From NCBI GenBank assembly GCA_030248215.1, contig JASANG010003092.1:806001-870000 (forward strand): a stretch of DNA of 64,000 bases, written 5' to 3'. The position numbers were made by a program, and so were the translations under genes. The notes beneath the pieces were generated by a model that was given only the letters and a program-made list of their open reading frames with translations, did not search any database and was not told the origin of the DNA. This document shows positions 24,401 through 36,620 of the stretch, in pieces; the first letter of the stretch is position 1; each line of letters starts with the position of its first letter. The stretch comes from Enoplolaimus lenunculus. Its lineage: Eukaryota.

Positions 24401-27400
24401 GAACATGATAGGATTTTCAACTGTTTTAGTTTCTGTATTATTCACAGGTATAATAACTACGGTTGCTTAATCATTACGTGTTTTGCTCATACCTTACTTT
24501 AGATTTACTGGTCACTTGAAAGCTGAATGCAGGTGCACTTTGGGACAAAACGATTCAGAGTCCACAACAAAGTATCCTGTGTTCTCAAAAAGCGAGGTTC
24601 AAGTCACCATACGGCATCGTACTTGAGTAATTCGCTACCATACCGCACGGAGACGGACGGCAGGGCACGGTACCTTACGTCATCAAATTATAGTGCTATC
24701 AAAGGGTTGCGCTATACTCGCCGTGTGCTGTCCAACGCCGCTATGTGTCATGTGAAAAAATTAGATATCAAAGGTGCAACGGCACAGCAAGGTATAGCGC
24801 AACCCTTAGTCACAAACAAACGCGAAAGTTTTACCGATCCTTGTTTTTCAATTTGAAACTGTCGCAGTTGATTTTGCCACATAACAGTCAACAAAATTTG
24901 TGCTTTTCCACCACGGTACGATTTTCGAACCAGAAAATCGCCGTCTTTGTCTAGCAACGGCTGGATTTCGCTACGCGCAACAGCACCATGGTAGTAGGGT
25001 TGTTTTTCCAAAGGCTGATGCCGCAGCGAACATAGAGAGCCAAAAACGGAATCTGGCTGAAATCATATTAGGTGCTTAATTTATTTTTTATATACGAAAC
25101 GTGTCCCTTCATACATAATCTGTTGGAAAAATGCAATATGGTTTGGTATAGCCGAACCCATATAAAGGTCAATTGGGCGGAACGTTTTTTATGGGACTGG
25201 TATAGAGCAAGCTTAAGCTCCAGGCTAACTTTTTTGCTTGGCTTTGGCTTAGGTTCAGGTATAAACTCATATACGCTTAGGCTTAGCCTTAGGAATATGG
25301 TGCTGTAGTGACCCGAATTAGAGGGGGTAGTAAAAGAGAAGGTCCCCATTTTGAGTCCCATTCAATTGGAATCCGTATTCCTTATAAGAGTCCGTAACCG
25401 GATAGAGTCTCTAAACCCTAATAAGAGTTCATAAATATCAATTATTCCTGATTGTAGTGCATAAATTACTCCATGACCAAATAAAGTTGAGTTCGAAACT
25501 TTAAAGCATACTGAAGTAATGAAAGTACATTCTTAAGTTAGCGGTAATGAAGCGTAGCGGAGGGCGGGTTAAAAATAAATAACAGTCCGTAACTGAATAA
25601 CAGGGGGTTCCCTATAGAGAGGCCAAATAAATATCTGCTTCGCTGCTTATTCGGGTCACTACAGTATACTTTTGTTCCGCCCATGTTGTTTACATTAGCC
25701 GGCAAAACCTTAGGCTTAAGCTTGGAACAGTATAACCTGTAATCAACAGGTGACTTTACTGCCTTCTATTTAATTAACCGTACTGGAACAAAAACAAGGA
25801 AGTCGAACCCGAGGCAAGTAGGAAGTCAGAAGACAGTCACCCTCCAAAAAATTGTTGTCCTCCAAGTGTTTCAACCTCGCTTGTAAAGTCAGCTGAATTT
25901 TGTACATTCCCCTTCTGAAATTCTTTAACCCACCAGCATGTGCTGGCTGCAGGATTAAAATACGTACACCAAATCTTATTTTTGCAGTTTTAAAATTGCA
26001 CTTAACCAAGAAATTAAAAAATCTCTTGGCATAAAGTTATTTGGCAAAATGTTTCAGAAAATTCATAGTTTCCAACAAGTTGAATAAACAACTCATGCTA
26101 GCGAGTTTACTGATTTCTGACTTAAAAGCAGCCGAGCTTAATTAAGTCTTAGCTGAGTTGATTCTGACTCTGAATAAAAGTTGATTCCGGACTAGCTGAT
26201 GAACTCAGAATCAGTTGAATCGACTCACAATTTTGAGCCTGGAAAGTCCCAATTCAGACTCAGTGATTCAACTCATTCTTAACCAAAATCAACTTTATGC
26301 AATATCCAGGACATTTTCATACTAAAGCTTAAAAATTATAAGCTGTTTTTAATTGATCACATTTTACCCGTTTATATCTGAAAGGATAGGAATTGTAATC
26401 AGATTAAATATATTCAGATATATAATTTGCAGCAAATTTCAAAATAATTCCGCTTGCTGCCAGGGTTTGATTTCAAAATTATTATGATGTGATTCTTAAG
26501 ATATAGTATATTTGTAAACATCTAAACTAAACTCTGCTTCATTAATCGCAGAATTTTTCACCTGTCACTGCCCGCAGCTGCAAATACTTGAACTTTTAAA
26601 TGCGTATAAAATATCGCGAAACCTTTTCTACTTTAATTTCAAGTTTAATCAGTTAGCTACGGCTCAAAAAGTTAATAGTTCACAATAACCGTTAGCATCC
26701 TAATAACGGGAATTCAAATTTTGGCACGCAAACTTAAACTTGATGGGAAAATTCACATTTTGCCGGGAAAGTGAAATATTGTCGGAAAAGTCATCAAAAC
26801 TTAAATTCTAACGGAAAATTCCAATTTTGTCGCGAAAATGTAAATTTTGGCAGAAAATACAAATGTTGGTGGAAAAAATTACATTGTGGAAAATTTTGGC
26901 TTAAAATTTAAATTTTGGCGGGAAAAATCAAATTTTGTCGGAAAATTTACAGTTTGGCGGGAAATTTAAATTTTGGCCCTCACTCACTTCGGTTGCGAAG
27001 TTTTTAACACTATTCTGTGCAGCCCGTTGTGAATTCTTTGGATGCGGAACTGTATCGAAGCTCGTTCAACGCGGAAAGCTACGCTCTCTTAGCCTAGCTC
27101 ACCTTGCTAGAGGGGGTCTTAAATTTATTCAGGAGGGGCATACAAGGGTTTTCAATGGTTTGCAAGTAAGTTTGAAAATTTTCTAGGTGAGCCAAATTTC
27201 ACCATGGAGGCTGATATCCTTCTGCTCCCTCCTTGACTACGGGTTCGGTAACCTAAAAGAACGCCGACCATCACCTGAACCTTTTGAGATACATTTTCTA
27301 CAGGAACCGGACCAGATGTTTGTGTTTTGCTCGTAATCGATGAAGTTTCTGTTTTGTCCAATTCCAAATCGTTTAACAAATTTTGTTTCTGAAAAAAATG

Positions 27401-29183
27401 GCAAATTATTTTCAAATCTACGCTAGTTCCATGTTTTTTACCTGTAGCACTAACTACGCTCGTCTGTTATTCTTATCGCTGTCCGAAACTCAATACAGAA
27501 TAGTCAAAATTTTAGCAAGCTTTGGTGTGGTAGGTAACCTGCACAGCAACGGCGAATGTGCAGGAAATTCAAAACAACGCGCGTGATATGATAGCGCTAA
27601 AAACTCGCGAGCGAAACGAGCGACGAACGTACCAAACGTAATTTTAGTTTTGAATCTGAGTGCACAATTTTGGTTTTGATCTCTGTGTAAATGTTCAGGT
27701 GTGTTAGATCCGACAGTGTTGGTCGGATGTGTGATATCTTTTTAACAACAATGTATTCAAGGGGAGGGATAAAGGAGATATACACCTTTCCAAAATTGGG
27801 CCCATGTAAAGATCAGGGGCGGAACGTTTTTCTGTGGGACTAGAAAAGAGTAAGCTTAAGCTTTAAACTGATTTTTTTGCTTGGCTTAGGTTTAGGCTTA
27901 GGCTTATGTTTAGCAATATGCACTCTTGCGCTTAGGCTATAAGGCTTTGGCCTAGGCTTAGGAATATGATTACAATAATGTTCCGCCCCTGGTCTTTACA
28001 TTGGCCCAAAATTTCAACATATTCCAGAGACATGAAAAATGCCAGTTTACATGCTTTAGCATAGTCTTTTCGTGCATTTACAGAGGTAAAAAAATCTTTA
28101 TTCGACTTAAATAACAGGCCGTTGTTACCTCTGTTAAAACACGGCTAAACTGTAGCGGGACATTTTCTATTAATTTAGGTATAAACAATATTCTAAAATA
28201 GAGCATCCCTGTAGTAGTTGTAGTAGTGCCACTACAATTGCATAAACGTTTTAAAACCCCCAAGCCCAAACACTAATCGGTGCCCACACTAGAAGTAATT
28301 TGTAAGAAATTTTAAGTTTTTAAATAAGAAAAGCAGCTTAGCGTGAAATGTTTGAGGGCGGCAGCCCCTCCATCTGCTTTGGGATCCCTGAAATTAAGGG
28401 GGTTCAGAGAGCGGTACAATTCTAGACAACTCAATTAACGCAAACATAAATGGTGTCAAAAAGCTTTCAGATTAAGTGGTACCCTCGTGAAATAAAATTC
28501 TGATTACGACCCTCGGTTCTGTGCCATAGTCTAAACTTTGTGAATTAGTAGCACTTGCGCCGCAGTATGAAACTCCGTCAGCTCGCCTACAACGGTTTGG
28601 AAATATCTTTTAACTTCACTTCGAAAGTTTGCAAACATATCGTCATCGGTGCTACGTGCTGGGTCCCGTAGCCAGAGAGGGAGTAAGCGCGGCTTAGCCC
28701 CTCGAAAGAATTTTGACCCCTCTAGTAAATTTTCATTGGTTGTAAGTCATCGAAAACATTTGTATGCTTTTCCTGAAAAATTTTAGCACCCCTAGCAAAG
28801 TAAGCTGGCTACAAGCCTGTAAGTGTACGGCTCTTGTGCACTTTCCCTGCATTTATTAAGGTAAAGATTAGACTTAAAAGTATGCTTAAAAGGAAAAACG
28901 CTGCGATCCATATATGGCCCATGTTTAGATGAGAAGCGAACCGTTTTTCAGTGAACTGCAATCGACTAAGTCTAAACATTAGACTATTATTTTCGCTCAG
29001 GCGTAGGTTTGTGCTTGAGACAAGGCGAAATAGGCTCATCCTTACGCTAACGCTTAGATTTAGGCTTAGGAACATGCTTTTTATACTACTGTTACGTCCC
29101 TCATAGCAACATTGACGGTGTATTCTAACCTTAGATTTTTGTTCACTTCTTCGTCTCCAGCGTTGAAACCACGACAAAGCCAT
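12459..29183 (-). CDS. Fer/Fes-family non-receptor tyrosine kinase (SH2 + kinase, no F-BAR; SPE-8/FRK-1-like architecture), ~438 aa; exons 29183-29130, 27388-27281, 25056-24835, 23985-23812, 21697-21542, 20302-20239, 19886-19763, 17028-16880, 16087-15965, 12601-12459
   Basis: SH2 motif YYHG...GDFLVRKS and linker [21 protein letters not shown]. Kinase motifs [47 protein letters not shown] and CW..P..RPTF are all intact across in-phase GT-AG introns. The first two exons are less certain than the rest. Confidence 0.93.
13110..13390. repeat. ~108-bp tandem duplication (2.5 copies) of a TTAGGC-family element end plus flank
   Basis: AGCATATCCCTAG..AAAAAATTAGTCTCAAGC..CTCAGCTATGCATGA..CAACAAAGGCAGTG is repeated. 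Confidence 0.8.
14511..14956. mobile_element. TA-TSD MITE (CTGTAGTGACCCGAATAAG TIR family)
   Basis: TIRs flanked by TA. Reverse-complement homolog of 23236-23687. Confidence 0.85.
17273..17535. mobile_element. 263-bp piggyBac-like MITE, second copy
   Basis: TTAA TSD and CCC..GGG TIRs. B-box GTTCGAATCC at 17474-17483. Perfect 22-bp palindrome at 17286-17307. Confidence 0.85.
17625..17893. mobile_element. Long-TIR fold-back MITE (Harbinger-like); related remnant ~37298-37448
   Basis: TCACACGTGC...GAGAACTTGCAGCTGCA is inverted against TGCAGCTGCAAGTTCTC...GCACGTGTGA. Confidence 0.65.
17920..19150. repeat. Diverged ~248-bp tandem array (~5 units) in a kinase intron
   Basis: TGCAGCAAA.TTTTCTAGCTAAGTATGCAATC recurs near 17931, 18182, 18428, 18673 and 18923, with a partial copy near 19114. 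Confidence 0.85.
21319..21500. mobile_element. hAT-type MITE (CA(A/G)TGGCGGATCC TIR); second copy ~30198-30572 carries a nested TA-TSD MITE fragment
   Basis: Perfect 8-bp TSD GCCATGGT. Confidence 0.85.
22690..23071. mobile_element. hAT-type MITE (CAGGGTGTAA TIR)
   Basis: Perfect 8-bp TSD ACAGCCAC and subterminal AACGGA/AACGAA repeats. Confidence 0.8.
23236..23687. mobile_element. TA-TSD MITE, same family (other partial copies ~30300-30513, ~31300-31501, ~37520-37949, ~62592-62955)
   Basis: TA|CTGTA.TG..CCGAATA ... TATTCCGGCCACTACAG|TA. Confidence 0.85.
24702..24807. mobile_element. ~106-bp MITE
   Basis: 16-bp perfect TIR AAGGGTTGCGCTATAC / GTATAGCGCAACCCTT. Confidence 0.7.
25154..25700. 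mobile_element. TTAGGC-carrying MITE split by a nested TA-TSD MITE (25303-25664)
   Basis: Left and right parts of the TTAGGC element flank a complete CTGTAGTGACCCGAAT...ATTCGGGTCACTACAG element. Confidence 0.8.
26713..26977. repeat. ~22-bp degenerate minisatellite AAATTTTGGCGGGAAAATT(C/T)A
   Basis: About 11-12 tandem units are visible. Confidence 0.75.
27799..28006. mobile_element. TTAGGC-carrying MITE
   Basis: ~27-bp TIRs. TSD CAAAATTG/CAAAATTT. Confidence 0.85.
28916..29117. mobile_element. Degenerate TTAGGC-carrying MITE
   Basis: GGCCCATGTT start and the same internal layout. Confidence 0.6.
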
Positions 29184-32100
29184 ATAAGTTATCTATATCT
29201 CATCGTTCATGACTGATTGCAATGATTCCATCTTTAGAATAACAAAAATTAAATTAACAAAATCTCGCCAGTGATGTACTCAAGAGTGGTTTGACACGCT
29301 GTGTTATATATGTGTCAGTGTAGGTAGAAACCGGGACTTCCGAAAATTTTACTAAGCAGCTGGAAAAGTGGGTCTCCAGAGCTGTAATCGAACACTCAGC
29401 CTATGGATCTTTAAGTGAACACTCTGCACACTGCGCCACGCAGCCCACCTCTCCAACTGCATTTTTCGTCGAATATATGTGTCGACGGTATGCCGCCAGC
29501 AAGCATACAACACAATATCCACTGCATTTATTGCGTATGCACTAGTGCAAGAATGTCTCACATGCTTACAATTTGCAATGCTGAACGTTATGTGGCAAAT
29601 AGAGAATATTCTTTGGAATAATGAAGGCAAGCCATCATCGAAACCTCGTCTCTTGAAACTCCCCAAAAGTTTTTGAAATTTTCAGATTTTAGAGCTATCG
29701 TGCACTTCGCCACACATTTTAACTTCTGGATTAGGCTTAGGGTATTAGGCTATGGTTTAGGCTAAAGCCAATGATCAGGCAAAGGTTTTGGTTTAGGTTG
29801 AAATAAGCGTTTTTTTGTGCTCAAAAACATGTCAAGCTTTCAGAGGTTTTGGCAGAAAATTATATTCCGGGGCTTCCCCTAATCATTTTAGGGGGCCCGT
29901 ACAATTGCAATTCAAGATTGTTTACTTTTAGGCCGAGTCTATTTGGGGCGCACCAACCAAATTTGAGGGAGCATCGCCCGAACTGCCAACCATGAGGACG
30001 CCCATGCTAGTCATCCTGTGTATTGATTTCGCATTAATAGTTTTTTCTATTAGTAATTGGTAACGTGCAACCGGAGGTGAAAAACGCACACACGAACGTC
30101 AGCAAGTTTTTCGGAACCGGAGATGGGTGTGAGACGTACTTACTTCAACAGGTGTCCGAATTGTGATGTTGAAAAAATTCCGCAGTGTTATCAAAGGCAA
30201 TGGCGGATCCATGGGGGGCCACCCCTGCCGTGGCCCCCAACAGCATCTCGATAAAAATTATATAGTGTCAATTGCTGTTCTACGCTGTTTATTTCTCTGT
30301 TTTATACACAATAGTATAAGCACGCTTTAAAGTTTCGAACTCACCTTTGTTTGGCCCTGGACTCATTTATGCGCTACAATTAGGGATAATAGACATTTAT
30401 GGACTCTAACAAGGGTTTAAGGACTCTACCCGCTTACGGACACTTATTACGGATACGTACTCCTATTAATTGAGACTCAAAATAGGGACCCCTTCTTATT
30501 TGGGTAACTACAGTATGGGTCTAAAATAAGTTTATTACCTGTGAAATATTGCCCCCCCCCCCATTTTGAGATCTCAACGCTGCCCTTAAAAGTTCCAAAC
30601 AACTTGCTGAGCGACCAAACTTTTATAAAGTACGTAAAATGTCAATATTAAAAGAGCAGAAGCCTCTAGCATAAATTTTACCAGTGACGTATGTCGATTT
30701 TCTGCCATTATCACAGGTAGAATAGTATATTTGGGAAGCTTTTGGCGTCTCAATTGAAATAAATATTATTATTGCGATAAATTGAATCAACCATTTTTGT
30801 TGCCACTGCCGAATGCAAAATAAGTTGTTTTGAATGTTAACTAAAAACCACTGCAAACCCAGTTTGAAGGCTAATGTTACACGGCCCTGACTGCTGAGAT
30901 ATAGGAAAACTGTGGGACTTTGAGATTGAAAGGCTTAGCATTAGGTTTGCTCAGCCCTAGGTTTACGTTTAGGCTTAACCTAAAACTGAAACTTAGCACA
31001 CAGGACCCCATAGTTAAAAATGGGCTAGTTTCAGCACTGTGAATGTTTGCTTTTAATAAAAGTTGTCTATGAAATGACAGCTAACTCAGTTATCGAAACT
31101 GCTTTCGGAAGACGTAACGAAGTTTGTTACTTATGTTTAAACATTTTTTATTAAATTATTTATTAATGTTGTGAGTTATATAGAATGAAAAGTTGGCACT
31201 TTTGTAGCGTTTTCCATAGTCGATAAGTTCTCTTCATGCTTTACAACGTTGACCAATGTATAGAACAAAACTGTAAAACCCAATGTTATTCCGACGCATG
31301 TTTTAAGGTTTTGAACTCAACTTTATTTAGCCTTGGAGTCATTTATGCACTGTAACTGGGGATAATTGATTTTTAGGGACCCTAATTAATATTTAGGGAC
31401 TATCCGTGTACGGGCTATTATACGCAATACGGACTCCATTTGATTGAGACTCAAAATGAGGACCCCTCTCTTATTACCCCCTCTTATTCGAGTGACTACA
31501 GTATATAAGATTGAGACAGGGAAATGTCTCCCCCGAAACTTTTAGACTCGAAAAATGTACTACGTTTGAGACTATAGAATATCCTGCAGAGTTAAAATAA
31601 TTTTAGACTAGATTATCAACTGCCGCAATCAAATCGTTACCACGGCCCTGTTCATCACCCCTGCATCCGCGGTTGATTTCAAACATGTTAAACGAGACAC
31701 TTTACAATTTTAATTTGTTAAAAAATTTGTTTTTATTATTGACATATGTGAACTTTTAAAATTTAAGTAACCCAAGCCAGAAGGCATTGCTCACGTAAAA
31801 CACCAAGTCCCAGTAACGAAACGTTTCTGCTGATTGAATGTGTTTTTATTACACCGCCTGTTTGTGTTCCCATTTGAGATACGTTTTAATTATTAATGCA
31901 GACATACTTTTGAAACCAATAATAATAACGCTGTCTAGCTTGTGAATTAACAATTTAGTCAATTTTTGTTAACTTCTCATAACGCATAGTTTTCGTCGTT
32001 ACTTAAACTTCTATTTTAATGCTTATATGGTAAGTGCCGATTATTTCACTTAAAACTATAGATGGGCACCGGATATCCGGATATCCTCCGATTCCCATCA

Positions 32101-33408
32101 CTACTTTACAACAGCCGAATGTGTGGTTGGTTTTCAAAGGCAAAAATCAAAAATTTCGTTTTGGACTTTGGTGTTGATTTTGTCTTTAATTGATACTAGT
32201 CTGCCAGCGTTGTGCAATGCGCAAAGTTTGTGACAGTTCAAAAATTTTCATGCAAATTTTTTGTGCATGGAACAAAAAACAATCACGTGTATTTCGTAAG
32301 AAATTTTTCAAAACAGAGTAATGCTAGAAATTTGCCCAAAATACCTATGTTCGGCGTTCGTGTTTTAATATATAGATATTAAATTAAGTTTCTCAATTGA
32401 AAAAAGGCTAAAGTCGACTTGAGTCCAACTCTTCCTGATGTGCGTTCGCTAATGTTCAGTTTAAACTTTCGATGATTTTTTTTAGATTTGTTAGACGTTT
32501 CAGTTGAACATTGCGAGTTAATTTGAACAGCTTGGAAGTATTTTCAAATTTCTATGAATATGTTGAGCTGTCGGTCAAATGCAGTTTGAATATAAGAAAT
32601 TTGCATAGAACGCACTGCGTTCATCTTTGTGTTAGCCCGTAGGATTGTTATTTGCATAAAATTGGGTTTTCATGAAATTTTGATTAAATTTTGTAACTAT
32701 CTATTGTCCTAGATTCCAGAACAAATTTGAGAATGTGTCGTAAATTAACACGAATGAAGCGTTCGTAAACTTTAAAATTGTTCAATTAGTTCCACATGAA
32801 ACCACTACAAATTACGCCTCGTAACTTTAACCGTGCCCAGAGGTGTACACCAGCCCGTCTAGAAAAATTATGGCACGCATAGAACAGTTTTCACCAAACC
32901 GCTTGCAAGTATAGTGAAATCAACTGCACGCCTGTTTTGTAATTGGATTGGCCATATCTGAGCAGGCTATGTGGCAGTATATATATTCTATTTATTTGTA
33001 AATTATTTTCTTTATATTTTCCATTTATATTCATTTTAAATGAAATTAACAATCAATTTATGTTCGTTAAAGCGTAATTTTTCATTCTTTTATGAAAAAC
33101 ATTTATGTTCGTTAAATCGTAATTTTTCATTCTTTTATGAAAAACATTTAACTCAATCATTAAGGCATAAACCGCACTAACGTTGACGTCAACGCAAAAT
33201 TCATGCCTGTCGCGGTGTTATCCCAAAGGATTCATTTAGTCAAAAAATTGAACGTTTATTAATTTGTATGCTGCTAAACATTGTTAAGCATTATAATCTG
33301 GCAGCTGGCTGGCTGCAGGGTAGGGGACCTGCGTAGTCAGAAAGTTTTGCATAGCAAGCAAGGGAAACATTATATAAAAAATAGTAATTTTTCCACGTTA
33401 CAAATTAT

Positions 33409-33611
33409 GGCCAATGTTGGTTTTAGAGGCGTAACACTAGATTAAACATATTCTTAAGCCTAAGCCTAAGCCAAAGCGTTGCAAAAATGCGTTCCTAAGC
33501 CTAAGCCTAAGCATAAGTCTAAGCCTAAGCAAAAGAATGTAATCTAGAATATAAACCTACTCTTTAACAGACACACCAGAAACCTGGACGCCCCTGAAAG
33601 TAACATGGGCC
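33409..33611. mobile_element. TTAGGC-carrying MITE (reverse orientation)
   Basis: GGCCAATG...CATGGGCC termini. Perfect TSD CAAATTAT. Confidence 0.85.
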
Positions 33612-35129
33612 CAAATTATTAAAACTACATTTGGTTTCTCTCTCGCGAGTCTTCTTCCACCAATCTATTGTGCCAAAGCGTAACATCCTCGTTTTTGAAT
33701 AAGCTGCTGCGTCCCTGTTAAGAACCTTGGGAGCATAATAGGACTTAGCGAGGGATAAGGTACATTTAGGCCATCTGCCATTCGTTATACATTATTGTCA
33801 GGTGAAGACACTGCGTTATTAATCAACGTTTACTGTTCGCTAATTTCTTAAGAACACTAGTCTTGTTCATCCGACGTCGATTCCCTCGGATTGAATCTAC
33901 TTGGTGTGTTTACAGAGCAAAGTAGCAAGCAATTAACAGACTCGAAAAAGTTGTGTTTAAAAATTTTGCAAACGCGTACATCTGGGTATTGTACGTTAAT
34001 GGAAAGATTAGAGTTATGGTTAAAGTATAATAGTAATAGTCATTCTTACACTTTCGGCTCCTTACAGAGCCGGACAGCGCCGCGCAATTAGAGTATCGCT
34101 ACCCGTAGTCAGAAACGACGATCCAAAATTTGAGAAGGAAGCATGCAAATTTCGGAGTGACAAAAGACAAATTAAATTTGAACGTAGGTTTAAAACGTTT
34201 AATGTACTTATATTAAGTTGTTTGTGTGTCCCTTGCGGAATATTACGAAAAGAAAATTTAATATAAAAAGCTTAACAAAGCATAAAGTTAAACAAAAATG
34301 AGTACCTTATAATGATTTGGTTGTTTAAATATACATTATTTAGCCCATGTTAATTATGGTGACCTGCCCACTCAGACTAAAAGCATAAGCCTATGCCTAA
34401 GCATAAGCTAAAGATAAAGCCTTAAACTGCTTGGAGTCTATTGTTCATAGTCTTTCAGTGGCCAGCTGCCACACAGGTGATATTATGATTCATTTTATTA
34501 TACAAAATCCTTGGCAATTTTAATGTTTGTCATTAAAATCCTCAGCGATCACTAGCTATGTATCTAGACACTTCTGACGGTAGCTGCGCAAGATAAATGA
34601 TGCAAAAAGTGCGCGAGTGAAGCGAACGAGAAGCCAAACGCAATTTTAGAACCAAAACCTAACACATAGAATTTTGGTTTTGCTTCGTGTTGCATCTGCA
34701 GGTGACAAAAATTGCTCATTGTTCTCAAATATCAGATTATAGTTCTATTTTCGTTAAAATAATTGATGAAACAGAAATGTCCAAAGTTTATACTTTCGAG
34801 TCTTGTATAACTATGTCAATTATTACTGTTTCCTTTTCATGTCACGTTTCTACTGTTGTTTGCAACATTTCAACTCATTTCGAACATATTTGTTTTTTCG
34901 ATGACATATTCTCAAATTCGTGTAGCAGTTATCAACAGTTAGTGATAGGTCTTGTAACTTTTGAACGAGACTATTGCAATGTTCGACATTAAGCAAGTTG
35001 GTTGCACTTGGTCTGCCATACCTTCATGAAGATTTTACGATGTGCAGGTTCAACAGTTCGCTTGTTTGAAAACAATTTCTAAACATTTACGTGGCTGTTC
35101 AGCAATGAAATGTTCAATTTACGTTATAA

Positions 35130-35559
35130 CCCCTAGTCATATAGAGTACACTGTGAGCAACTTAATAGCGCAAACTGTATATTGCGAAATGGAACAAAGT
35201 GTGTAGTATTTAACAGTTACTACGCATATGCACAGTAAAAAATTTATGAATCGTTTGTGGCTCACTCAATCTTGCGTGTGATTTCCTAGCTGCATGGTGA
35301 TGGCTGACGCCTCCTACGAGGGTGGCTACGATTCGGTAATTTCCTAGCTGGACGGTGATGGTAAACGCCTCTTATGAGGAAAGCTGTGATTCGGTATATA
35401 ATTTTCTAGTTGGATTTGTGATGGTAGCCGCCTCCCACGAGGGAGGCTGGGATTCGGTAATTCCCTTGCTGGATTGTGATGGTAATCACCTCCAACAAGA
35501 GAGGTTGCAATTCGAAACGTGGCTTGAAATTGAGAAAAATATATCATGTGAGAAAGAGG
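35130..35559. mobile_element. Old piggyBac-like MITE copy containing four tandem ~60-bp tRNA-like units
   Basis: Ends resemble the family TIRs (CATGTGAGAAAGAGG). Units start near 35282, 35340, 35402 and 35461. Confidence 0.65.
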
Positions 35560-36114
35560 TCAACAAACTACCATTACCACGAAGCGATGATTTAGCATAT
35601 AGACGAAACAGTAAACCCTCTATGAATTATAATTTTCTCGCATTTTTTCAAACTCTCTGTTATTCACCTGCAGCAACAATTAAATTTTCAATTTATGTTT
35701 CAACCAGGCACATTTGCCTAAGGAGCGAAAACACCGCATAGAGGTGTAATCAGAAAGATCAAAACTCTTTCAAACTCATTTAGTTGTTTGCGGCTAATAG
35801 GAAATTTTCAGATTATTATTTATTGTTTTGTGATTAAATTGCATATTTACATTTGTTATAACAAAATCAACATAGGCGCACGTTCTTTATTATATGGCAC
35901 TTCAAACTGGCGAAAACAAAATCTTTAATTTTCGAATAGGTTGTGGTACGGCTCGTAACTATATTAGCCATGTTATTACCGATGTATTAATATGTTTGCA
36001 ACCTTAATATCACGAAATTATAGTCTTGAAAATTGAATAATTTACACAGTTACATCTGGACAGAAATCGTTGTTTACAGCTTTAAACCGGCGCTGTTTCT
36101 ATTAGAAATCGGTT

Positions 36115-36620
36115 TTACCAAGAGTGCATGATACAAGAGTATGCAACTGTTGGGGTTCTGCATGGTACAAAATGTAACACCGGGCGTTGCGTTTTTGCCG
36201 ACCCCCTCTTGTTTCGGGGGGGAGGTCGTTGTCGCATGCAAAACCCTAAATTAAACTATAAGCGGATCATTGGTTCGCACAGGTTGTCCCCCCTCTAAGT
36301 AACGGGGGCGGGGTCGGTCGAAAACGCAACGCGTGCCGGGTATATACATTTTTTTCTACACAGAATGTACCCAGTTGCGTCTTGTTAAAGTATGCCTCAT
36401 CCACTCTTGGTTTTACCAAACGTGGATAATGACAAGAGTATGCAACTCTTGGGGTCCCGCATGGTGCAAAATGTACCAGCGGGCGTTGCGTTTTGGCCGA
36501 CCCCCGTTGTTTAGAGGGGGTCCCTATCAAATGAATACCCCTAAATTAAACTATAAGGGAGCATGTTGGCGCTGCTTACATGAAGTGTCATGGTTTGCAC
36601 CCGTTGTACCCCGGTTTAAG
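36115..36620. repeat. ~300-bp imperfect direct duplication
   Basis: ACAAGAGTATGCAACT.TTGGGGT...GGGCGTTGCGTTTT.GCCGACCCC...CCCTAAATTAAACTATAAG occurs near 36134 and 36433. Confidence 0.75.

Noticed and set aside
25770..26009. Coiled-coil-looking kinase exon ([10 protein letters not shown])
   Set aside because: The sequence is a degenerate copy of the CAGGCCCGTAGCCAG hAT MITE, and the flanking exons already join in phase without it.
34687..35080. Possible upstream F-BAR exon or ORF remnant
   Set aside because: Only short open stretches with stops and no convincing motif or exon chain.
35282..35523. CRISPR-like array of hairpin repeats
   Set aside because: Units are contiguous homologs with no unique spacers, there are no cas genes, and the context is eukaryotic.
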